A stretch of 55,632 bases of DNA from Eubacteriales bacterium. Lineage in GTDB: Bacteria; Bacillota; Clostridia; Oscillospirales; CAG-272. Under the pieces are notes generated by a model. It was not told where the DNA came from. It ran no database searches and worked only from the letters and a program-made list of their open reading frames with translations. The DNA lies in assembly GCA_045630385.1 (NCBI GenBank), contig JAZQTA010000064.1:1-55632 (forward strand), in the 5' to 3' direction. The position numbers were made by a program, and so were the translations under genes. The stretch's first letter is position 1, and each line of letters opens with the position of its first letter. Shown here in pieces: positions 35,152 to 42,597 of this stretch.

Positions 35152-35917
35152 CCTTGGGTTCCTTTTCCTTCTTTTTGAAGGAGAGCTGGCGCTCGGTGCG
35201 GTTGGAAATGCGCTTGAGATTTTCCTTGTGCGCGAAAACGATGATGCACGCAACGAGGATCGAAACCAAAAGAATGGTCGGCGGTGTCGTCATCTGATAC
35301 ATGCTGAAAAAGCCGTAAACGAGCAGGGGATATGCGATCGCCGAGGTCACAGAGCCGAGAGATACGTACTTCGTCGTGCCAACGAGTGCGGCAAAGATCG
35401 CAAACATAATCAGGAAAAGGATCGGGGAAAGCATCAGCGCCATCGTTGCGGAAACCAGAACGCCCTTTCCGCCGCGGAAGCCGTAATAAACGGGGAAGAT
35501 ATGCCCGAGCACGGCGGCAAGACCTGCCGTATATGTGCCGATGCCCATGAACATCATGTAGCCGCTGTCGTATCCCATGCTGAATGCATTGATATAACCG
35601 AAGCCGAAAAGCACGCCGCCGATGAAAATGGCGATCACGGTTTTGAGCATATCGCCGACGAGAACGCCGATGGCCGCCTTGCCGCCGAAGGTGCGGAGCA
35701 TATTCGTCATGCCCGCGTTGCCGCTTCCGTACTTGCGGATATCATCCTTATAAAAGATCTTGGAGATCACGATCGCGGTGTTCACGCTGCCGAGCAGATA
35801 GCCTGCCGCAAGCGAGAGAATCAAAAACAGAAAGAAAACGAGCACGTTGTCTGCAACAACGTCCATGTGTGTGCCGCAAAGCGCGGCAAAGAGTCCGCCA
35901 CGGTTGAGTGAAAACAT
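35141..35917 (-). CDS. plsY: glycerol-3-phosphate acyltransferase PlsY
   Basis: Start MFSLNRG at 35917 with a strong RBS, AGAAGGAGGA. It is polytopic and carries the conserved YGSGNAGMTN motif. Confidence 0.85.
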   Translation of the reverse strand: MFSLNRGGLFAALCGTHMDVVADNVLVFFLFLILSLAAGYLLGSVNTAIVISKIFYKDDIRKYGSGNAGMTNMLRTFGGKAAIGVLVGDMLKTVIAIFIGGVLFGFGYINAFSMGYDSGYMMFMGIGTYTAGLAAVLGHIFPVYYGFRGGKGVLVSATMALMLSPILFLIMFAIFAALVGTTKYVSLGSVTSAIAYPLLVYGFFSMYQMTTPPTILLVSILVACIIVFAHKENLKRISNRTERQLSFKKKEKEPKDAE

Positions 35918-35960
35918 GAATCCTCCTTCTGTGCCAAAGCGCTTTGGCACAATCAAAAAT

Positions 35961-36215
35961 TTAATTCGGCTTTCTGCCCTTGGCAAAAAGCGCCGCAAGG
36001 CGCGAACGGTTTTTATCCTCCCGCCGCTGTGCCTCTTCCTTGCATAGAACGAGATCTGTAATTTTTCCATCCTCCAGGGTAACGTCCAAAACGTCGCCCA
36101 CGGAGATCTTGTAGTCTGCCCTTGAAAGGATCAGTGCCTCGCCGCCGTCATCGGGGATCAGCACGATCTTTTCGCCTTCGTATCGGTCGGCACTCATTCG
36201 TATCGTTTTTTTCAT
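35961..36215 (-). CDS. DUF3006 family protein
   Basis: 84 aa. ADRYEGEKIVLIPDDGGEALILSRADYKISVGDVLDV fits the DUF3006 pattern (DR.EG...VL..DDG........LP....EGDVL). Confidence 0.55.
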   Translation of the reverse strand: MKKTIRMSADRYEGEKIVLIPDDGGEALILSRADYKISVGDVLDVTLEDGKITDLVLCKEEAQRREDKNRSRLAALFAKGRKPN

Positions 36216-36247
36216 AGCACCTCACGGTTATATAATAATCCTTATAC

Positions 36248-36276
36248 AGTATACAGTATTTTTTAAATAAAGTCAA
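36248..36276 (-). promoter_or_regulatory. sigma-A promoter for the DUF3006-plsY-...-rpiB operon
   Basis: The minus strand reads TTGACT (36276-36271), a 17-bp spacer, then TATACT (36253-36248). Confidence 0.55.
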
Positions 36277-36284
36277 GAAATATA

Positions 36285-36313
36285 TTGCAATTGTCCCGAA
36301 AATTTTATATAAT
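36285..36313 (+). promoter_or_regulatory. sigma-A promoter for the queG-like gene
   Basis: TTGCAA (36285-36290), 17-bp spacer, TATAAT (36308-36313). Confidence 0.6.
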
Positions 36314-36345
36314 AAAAGAAAAAACCGAAGAAAGGAAAATATGCG

Positions 36346-37152
36346 ATGCAGTGGCTGGATGCGCTTTGTAAGGAGATCGGAATTGAGGTGTACGGCGCAC
36401 TTTCGATCGAGGATGCGGATATTATCAACGCGCGCCTTCTCGAGAGAGAAAGCTTTGTCGCTAAAAGCATTCTCGTTTTTTTAGTTCCTTATTACGCCGG
36501 CGAAACGGTCAATCTTTCGCGCTACGCCGCCGCAAGGGATTATCATATCGTATTAAAGGAGATCACCGACCGTCTGATCGCGGGGATCAAGCGCCGCTAT
36601 CCCGAGGCCAATGCCAAGGGCTATGGAGATCATTCTCCGATCGCGGAGCGTGCCGCCGCATTGCGTGCGGGGCTCGGCATTCTCGGCGATAACGGGCTGA
36701 TCATCAATGAAAAATACGGCTCGTACGTCTCTATCGGTGACGTGACCACGGATCTGCCCCCCGAGGCGCTTTTTGCAGAGCCCGCAAGGGAGATTAAATT
36801 CTGTTTGCATTGCGGTCGGTGCAAGGCCGCGTGTCCCACGGGTATTTTGCGCGGTGAAGGGGAGGATTGCCTTTCCGCGATCACCCAAAGAAAGGGAAGC
36901 CTTACGGATGCCGAGGTCGAGTTGATGAAAAAACACAATACCGTGTGGGGATGCGATCTGTGCCAGACCGCCTGTCCCCATAATAAAGCTCCGCGCGTAA
37001 CACCGATTGCCTTCTTTAAGGAGGAGCTTATTCCGCACTTAACGCTCGATATTCTTGAAAGCATGAGTGACGGGGCGTTCTCCGAGCGCGCCTTCGCGTG
37101 GCGCGGCAGAAAAACGGTGGAGCGCAACCTTCGCCTTTTCGAGGAAGAATAA
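36346..37152 (+). CDS. QueG-like epoxyqueuosine reductase / DUF1730 + 2x[4Fe-4S] ferredoxin-domain protein
   Basis: 268 aa with two Cys clusters, CLHCGRCKAACPTG and CDLCQTACPHN. The N-terminal region resembles DUF1730 of QueG. It is shorter than canonical QueG. Confidence 0.55.
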   Translation: MQWLDALCKEIGIEVYGALSIEDADIINARLLERESFVAKSILVFLVPYYAGETVNLSRYAAARDYHIVLKEITDRLIAGIKRRYPEANAKGYGDHSPIAERAAALRAGLGILGDNGLIINEKYGSYVSIGDVTTDLPPEALFAEPAREIKFCLHCGRCKAACPTGILRGEGEDCLSAITQRKGSLTDAEVELMKKHNTVWGCDLCQTACPHNKAPRVTPIAFFKEELIPHLTLDILESMSDGAFSERAFAWRGRKTVERNLRLFEEE

Positions 37153-37206
37153 AGAGCATAAAAAGAGGAAAACGAAGAATTGTAACCTTATAAGCCGAGA
37201 ATGCAA

Positions 37207-37250
37207 GAAAAAGAGCGAAGATGCTTTGAACATCTCCGCTCTTTTTCGAT
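37207..37250. terminator. bidirectional terminator between convergent genes
   Basis: AGAGCGAAGATG (37212-37223) pairs with CATCTCCGCTCT (37231-37242) with one mismatch. It is flanked by an A-run on the left and TTTTCGATTTT on the right. Confidence 0.6.
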
Positions 37251-37273
37251 TTTGCCTAAATGCGTCGCCCCTA

Positions 37274-38008
37274 TCAGACGATCGTTTTTTCAAGATACTC
37301 AAGCGAGCGTCTGACCATCTCGTCGCCAAGTTCTTTATTTGCTTCCTTGGCGCTTTCGGTAAACCAATGCTTGATCTCGGGCAGTCTTTCGAGCGTAACC
37401 GCCTCGGGGTAGAGTGACATAAGAATGGAGCACTCGTACTTGCCCGCATGGTCGTAGCCCGTCGCGTTCTGCACCTCGGTGCTCATCGTGGGGACCACCT
37501 TGATCCATGCAAAGGGGTTGTCATCGGTTTCGAGGTTTTCGTAATAGTCCTTGTAGCTTTCAGAGCCCCACCAGCCCTGGCCCTTGGTCTGCTCCAGGTA
37601 GCGCATGGTGGCTCTCTTTGCCGCCTTCATATAAGAAAGCGTCATCGGCATAAGGCTTTCCTGCTCAAACTGATGGTGGATCAGCACGTAAATGTTGCGA
37701 AGCCCCGCATACAGCATGCTCATGAAAATATTATAGGCATATTCCTCAAAAACGACCTCGTCAATATGCACCGTGCCGGAGGTCGCATCGCCAACCGCCC
37801 AGCTGGAGGGGGAATAAGCAATGGAGGGGGCGATAATGATATCCTTCTTCTCGGCAAGCTTTTCGAGAAGTCCCTCCGCAACCAGAGTATCACAGCCGTA
37901 GGAGCAATGCGGGCCGTGATATTCCACCGTACCGCCGACGATCACGACGGGCGTTTTATTTTTCTTTGCGTTTTCGATTTCTCTTGGGAAGCATTTATTG
38001 AGATACAT
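37274..38008 (-). CDS. creatininase-family amidohydrolase
   Basis: 244 aa. VVIVGGTVEYHGPHCSYGCD matches the creatininase/MftE family metal-binding region (E.HG.H). Confidence 0.7.
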   Translation of the reverse strand: MYLNKCFPREIENAKKNKTPVVIVGGTVEYHGPHCSYGCDTLVAEGLLEKLAEKKDIIIAPSIAYSPSSWAVGDATSGTVHIDEVVFEEYAYNIFMSMLYAGLRNIYVLIHHQFEQESLMPMTLSYMKAAKRATMRYLEQTKGQGWWGSESYKDYYENLETDDNPFAWIKVVPTMSTEVQNATGYDHAGKYECSILMSLYPEAVTLERLPEIKHWFTESAKEANKELGDEMVRRSLEYLEKTIV

Positions 38009-38013
38009 AGTTT

Positions 38014-39123
38014 TTATTCCTTCCTTCCGGCAGTAAATTCATAGCCCTCCCAGCGGTTGTCAACGATCTCACCGCCGTCAAAGGCAACAACGTTTTCGCA
38101 AACGAAATTTTTTATAGGCGTACCCGCGAGGTACATTGCGTAAACGGAGCGCGAGCGGACGTTCTTTACGGTAATGTTGTAGAATTCCTCGCTGGTGTTC
38201 TGGCGCGAGCCGTATGCCTTTACGTCACCGATTCTCACGGTCTGCAGCGCTCTGCCGAGAATGCCCGGGATCTTATCGGAAATATCCACGATATCGTCCA
38301 CGATCACGTCGTGAATGGTGGATTCGCCCTGGCAGAGAAGGCGCACGCTCGCGTCTAGAGAAGCGGAATGCACGTGGCGTACCATAATGTGCGAAATATC
38401 ATCGGGCCAGCCCTCCACCGCATAGACAAGCTTCGCCGTTCCTTTGGAAAGGGCAGTGAGTGCTACGGTATCGTCACCCGTGAAGCCGTAGATGTTTTCG
38501 ATCAGAATGTGATGGCATCCCTTGCGGATATCAATGCCGTCAGCCTGGCGGATGCGCATATCAAAGTAGTTTTCAAGAGAAAGACCGTGATATTCGTTTC
38601 CGTCCTTGTCAAAGCAGGTATCGTCGCCCTTCAGGGTAATATCGTGAATATGGCCGTTGCAGCAGTAGCCGTAATGCACCGCCCACCAGCGGAAGTTGTG
38701 TAAAGCGATATTCGCAAGCTCAAAGCCGTCCACGTTTGTGAAGAAGATCAGGCTGTTCACATAGATGTGAGGCCATCCGTCCTTGCTGTGATTTTGCTCG
38801 GAGAGTCCGTTGTACGTGCCGCCATCCAAAATCGCGCCGTTTTTGCCGATCATGCGGATGTTTTTGTCCGTCTCGGCCATCGTATTGCTCTTGTGATGCT
38901 CGTTGATGAACATATTGTCGAAGGTGTTGTCTGCCATCTTGAGATAGCATCCGTCGAAGATCAGATCAAAATTTGCAGGCACAACGATGTGGCTTTCAAT
39001 ATCCCAGTTGCCGGTGACGGTCACGGTGCGCGTTCCGTCCTTCACGGCGGCATCGATCAGACCTTGAATATGCGCCGTACCGCCGACGGAGAAGAGAACG
39101 CCGTATTTTTCTACGGTTTTCAT
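38014..39123 (-). CDS. cytoplasmic right-handed beta-helix protein, GH28-like
   Basis: 369 aa with no signal peptide. It has repetitive beta-helix rungs. QADGIDIRKG and FTGDDTVALTAL resemble the GH28 NTDG and GDDC blocks. No clear GHG or RIK blocks are seen. Confidence 0.45.
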   Translation of the reverse strand: MKTVEKYGVLFSVGGTAHIQGLIDAAVKDGTRTVTVTGNWDIESHIVVPANFDLIFDGCYLKMADNTFDNMFINEHHKSNTMAETDKNIRMIGKNGAILDGGTYNGLSEQNHSKDGWPHIYVNSLIFFTNVDGFELANIALHNFRWWAVHYGYCCNGHIHDITLKGDDTCFDKDGNEYHGLSLENYFDMRIRQADGIDIRKGCHHILIENIYGFTGDDTVALTALSKGTAKLVYAVEGWPDDISHIMVRHVHSASLDASVRLLCQGESTIHDVIVDDIVDISDKIPGILGRALQTVRIGDVKAYGSRQNTSEEFYNITVKNVRSRSVYAMYLAGTPIKNFVCENVVAFDGGEIVDNRWEGYEFTAGRKE

Positions 39124-39144
39124 AAAAATTCTCCAATTCTAAAA

Positions 39145-40320
39145 TCAGAAATCAAGCTCGATCAGTCCCTTGTTCAGATAATCGGTCATCGCGGTGCAGC
39201 CGTCCTTGGTAACTGCGATACCCTTTTCCCAACGGCAGCCGAAGGTCGGGCCGGAAATGAAGGTATCCACCTGGAAGGTCATGTTCTCCTCGAGGGGATA
39301 GTCGCTGATGGTCTCCATCCAGGGAGCCTCAACTTCGATCATACCCGTGCCGTGGCAGGGGCCGTAAACGAAGTTGTCCTTCATGCCGTTCTCCTCATAG
39401 AGCTTGTAGAAGTCCTTCGCGATATCGCTTGCAAGAACGCCCGCCTTGATGCGGTTCGTGGTCCAATCGTGTGCTTCCTTACAGAATTCAACGATTCTTC
39501 TTCTTTCGCCCTCCAGCTTGCCCATCACCACGGGAATACCGGTAGCGGGGGAGTAGCCGTCAATTTTAGCGGAAAGGTTGAGCTGAACGATGTCGCCCTT
39601 GCCGATCTTTCTGTAGCAGGAGCGGCTGATGGCGTGGCGGGTGGATTCCTCGCTGAATACGTACATGGGAAGACCCTCGTACTCTGCGCCGTTCTCGTAG
39701 ATCACCTGCTGTGCAACGCCGACCATTTCAAGCTCGGTAACGCCGGGCTTCAGTCTGCGGATCACCTCGTCGGTAGCAAGGTCGATGATGCGGAAGCCCT
39801 CCTTGATGCAGGCAAGCTCGTTTACGCTCTTGATCTTTCTAAGGGTAACCATGATGTCTGCGCACTTCACGATCTCTGCCTCGGGGAAGCTCTCCTTGAG
39901 TCCCTCGTAAATGGGAAGGGTGCATTCAACGTAAGAGCCAAGACCGATCTTCAGCTTCTTTCCGGTGATGCCGAGCGCCTTGAAAACGTCGGCAAAGGTG
40001 TCGGCGTGAAGCTCGGGATAGGAGGGGTCTGCGCTCTCTCTGAATTCCTTCAGAACGAATACCTTGTCAATGTGCGAGCGATCCTTTGCGAAGATCGCGG
40101 ACTCGGGGCCTGCAAGAAGAGCGGCATCGCCGTTAGCGGCGATCACAACGCCGGCTCTCTCGAAAAGAGGCCAGAAGCCGGAGAAGTATCTTGCGTTCGC
40201 ATAGTCGGATTCGGTGGAAACCACGAGCATCGCATCAAGGCCTCTTGCGCGAACGAGCGCGGCCGCCTTTGCAATTCTTTCGTGATATTCTTCGTGGGGA
40301 ATGCAAATTCTGTTTTCCAT
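39145..40320 (-). CDS. M24-family (creatinase/prolidase fold) protein, apparently lacking the canonical Asp metal ligands
   Basis: 391 aa with a creatinase/prolidase N-domain plus pita-bread fold. Typical members have GD.V..D.G....GY.SD at the first ligand block, whereas this protein reads GDIVQLNLSAKIDGYSPATG (N and P at the two Asp positions in my by-eye alignment). HGTGMIEVEAP is retained. Confidence 0.6.
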   Translation of the reverse strand: MENRICIPHEEYHERIAKAAALVRARGLDAMLVVSTESDYANARYFSGFWPLFERAGVVIAANGDAALLAGPESAIFAKDRSHIDKVFVLKEFRESADPSYPELHADTFADVFKALGITGKKLKIGLGSYVECTLPIYEGLKESFPEAEIVKCADIMVTLRKIKSVNELACIKEGFRIIDLATDEVIRRLKPGVTELEMVGVAQQVIYENGAEYEGLPMYVFSEESTRHAISRSCYRKIGKGDIVQLNLSAKIDGYSPATGIPVVMGKLEGERRRIVEFCKEAHDWTTNRIKAGVLASDIAKDFYKLYEENGMKDNFVYGPCHGTGMIEVEAPWMETISDYPLEENMTFQVDTFISGPTFGCRWEKGIAVTKDGCTAMTDYLNKGLIELDF

Positions 40321-40349
40321 GGTAAATTCTCCTTTATGTAAAATTTTAT

Positions 40350-41432
40350 TTACTTATTTAAGCTATTGATGCGGTTTTTCATTGCTTCTGCGGCATCGGG
40401 TGTCAGAATTCCCGTGCTCATGTGATAGGTAATGCTCTCGCCCTTTTGGAGAAATCTCTCGTAGCCCATTTTCTTGCAGTAAAGCTTTCCGAGATGCTCT
40501 GCCGTCGCGGGCAGAACCATGCCGAGCGCATCCTCGTCCTCGGTTCTCGAGATCCAGCGGATGCCGAAGGGAAGCTCCTCGGGACGGTGGCGCACGTAGC
40601 AGGCGTAGCCGTCGGGAAGAAGCTGCATCGTATGCGCATCGCCCTTCTCGTCAGCAAAATACTTGCAGGTGAAAACAATTTCGGGTGCATAGGATTGCGT
40701 GTCCTTGTCGATAAGATCCATCACGGAGGGATCCTTGTCAAGCTTTTCAAGATATGCGTTCGTTGCCGCCTCTGCCGCGTAGCCTGCGGGCACCTCGTGA
40801 TGCGCCTTGATGTTTTCGTGCTTTGCGGTGTAGAAGAGCCTTGCGCCGTCCTCGGGGCGGTAGTTGATATGGCAAAGATAATAGTATTCCAGCGGCATAT
40901 CCTTGCGGTTTTCAAAATGCGCCGTGATCTCCATCACGCCCTCGCCTTCGTAAAGGCGACACTCGGGGCGGAAAAGATAGTTGTATTCATAGCAGCGCTT
41001 ATGCTCATAATCGCCCGAAACGGCAATATATCTGCCTCTTTCATCCTCGCCGAAAAGAATATACGCCTTCTGATACGCGGCAATGGGAAGCTCGCCGTGC
41101 GGCAGATGATCGTCCTCCGCGGTGGGATTTCCGATCGCGGTCAGTCCGCAGTGCATCACGAAGCAGCCGTAGCTTTCGCCGTAGGTCTGCTTGCAGGGCA
41201 TCGGCTCGTCGTAGATCGTGCGCATCGTGCCTCTGTGGCCGAAGAATTCCATATCCCAAACCATCTGCCCCATGTAGGGAAGCACGACGGCGTAGCCTGC
41301 GCCGTTTTTGATGCGGATCGCCTCAACTCCCGTGCTGTAGATAAAGGTCTCTGCGGAAAGTGCGCCGACGGAGAGAACCGTCTTGGTGTCGCGCGAAAAA
41401 TGCTCTCTGTAAAGCTCAATGCGGCCGTTCAT
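40350..41432 (-). CDS. DUF4432 / aldose-1-epimerase-like (mutarotase fold) protein
   Basis: 360 aa. The N-terminal pattern (IELYREHF...LSAETFIYSTGVEAIRIKN...LPYMGQMVWD) and the size fit DUF4432. Confidence 0.5.
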   Translation of the reverse strand: MNGRIELYREHFSRDTKTVLSVGALSAETFIYSTGVEAIRIKNGAGYAVVLPYMGQMVWDMEFFGHRGTMRTIYDEPMPCKQTYGESYGCFVMHCGLTAIGNPTAEDDHLPHGELPIAAYQKAYILFGEDERGRYIAVSGDYEHKRCYEYNYLFRPECRLYEGEGVMEITAHFENRKDMPLEYYYLCHINYRPEDGARLFYTAKHENIKAHHEVPAGYAAEAATNAYLEKLDKDPSVMDLIDKDTQSYAPEIVFTCKYFADEKGDAHTMQLLPDGYACYVRHRPEELPFGIRWISRTEDEDALGMVLPATAEHLGKLYCKKMGYERFLQKGESITYHMSTGILTPDAAEAMKNRINSLNK

Positions 41433-41596
41433 TCTGTTAACCTCCGATAAAAAATTATCTTACACTCTAATTATAAAACAATAAAATAAATTTGTATTTA
41501 AATTATCTTCCCATATTTTTGCACAATCTTAAATTTCTTTATTTTGTATCAAGTAAAAAAGCCCCATCTCCGTTTCGTGCGGAAATAGGGCATTTT

Positions 41597-42454
41597 TCAT
41601 TTTGTTTCGATCTTATCCTTGCGGTAGAATGCGGGAGAAAGCCCGGTTCTGGACTTGAAAAAGCTGCTGAAATAGGAGGCATCCGAAAAGCCGAGAGAGC
41701 TTGCAATGCCGTAGATCGTTCGATCCGTATTCCGAAGCTCGTCCTTGGCGCGGTAGATCCTCTTTTCCGCAATGTAATCGGTCGGCGTCCGTCCGAAGAC
41801 AGCCTTGAATTTTTTTGTGAAGTAAGCGGTGCTGTATCCGATTTTTTCCGCGAGCATATGCATGGGCAGAAGCTCTCCGAGATGGTCGTCAATATATTCG
41901 GCGATCTCGCGGATCTCGGGTGGGATGCGCTGGTTCATCTCGTTGCGGATCGCCTCGGCTTGGGAAAGGACCTCGGCAACAAAGGAAAGGAGCGTCGCGC
42001 TTTGATTGATCTGTGTGATCGCGTCGTCCTGATCGGCGCGAAGCCGTATCAATTCCTTGAAAAGCCGCTCCAAGGCTTCTTCGTTCTTCGGCTCGAAAAC
42101 AAGTGGGAAGTGAAAATAATCGCAAATATTGGTTCCGCCGATCGCGAGATGAAAATGCGTATAATATTTTTCCAGCGGTCCGTTGCCGTCAAAGTAAAAT
42201 TGCAATTCGCTTCCCTCGGGAATGAAAACAACGCGATGCGCGGGAATATGATACTTTGTTCCGTTGATCCAAAGATCAAAAGCGCCCTTTTTCGTAAGAT
42301 AAATTGCGTTAAAATGAAAAATCGCTTTTCGATTCCAGAAATTTTTTCCGTTTTCATCCAGCCACCAAGCGCCGTCGCCGACCCATTTTGCTATGATGAT
42401 GTCCGTATCGTAATTGGAAAAAATCTGTTTGATATTGCTGTGCATCGGATCCAC
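41597..42454 (-). CDS. AraC family transcriptional regulator
   Basis: 285 aa. The C-terminal HTH pair is HMLAEKIGYSTAYFTKKFKAVFGRTP and IYGIASSLGFSDASYFSSFFKSRTGLSPAFY. Confidence 0.85.
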   Translation of the reverse strand: MDPMHSNIKQIFSNYDTDIIIAKWVGDGAWWLDENGKNFWNRKAIFHFNAIYLTKKGAFDLWINGTKYHIPAHRVVFIPEGSELQFYFDGNGPLEKYYTHFHLAIGGTNICDYFHFPLVFEPKNEEALERLFKELIRLRADQDDAITQINQSATLLSFVAEVLSQAEAIRNEMNQRIPPEIREIAEYIDDHLGELLPMHMLAEKIGYSTAYFTKKFKAVFGRTPTDYIAEKRIYRAKDELRNTDRTIYGIASSLGFSDASYFSSFFKSRTGLSPAFYRKDKIETK

Positions 42455-42560
42455 CCCCCCTTACGGAAAAATATTATATCAAATTTTTGTCATAAAGTCA
42501 ACAGATGACAAAAAAATCAAAAAAATGGTCGCATTTTTCATGGTTATGCGAAAAGGTGTA

Positions 42561-42569
42561 TGCTATAAT
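42561..42569 (+). promoter_or_regulatory. extended -10 element upstream of the GH78 gene
   Basis: TGCTATAAT lies 28 nt upstream of the ATG at 42598. No good -35 box is present. Confidence 0.4.
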
Positions 42570-42597
42570 AATTAAAAAGTATGGGAGGTTCTTTATA

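Noticed and set aside
8574-36070. N-terminal extensions given by the ORF track for nagA (9824), the oxidoreductase (10701), the ABC ATPase (30115), rpiB (33022), tsaB (33539), the methyltransferase (35253), plsY (36070) and several plus-strand genes (15938, 17230, 19570, 42505, 48310).
   Set aside because: The extensions overlap the upstream gene, are Arg/Ser-rich and non-conserved in appearance, and lack RBSs. Internal ATGs preceded by GGAGG-like sequences give N-termini that match the family consensus.
37274-40320. Naming the creatininase-family and M24 genes as a creatinine-to-sarcosine degradation pathway.
   Set aside because: Both families are broad. No sarcosine oxidase or other pathway genes are present, and the neighbours are carbohydrate-type proteins. 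Only family-level calls are justified.
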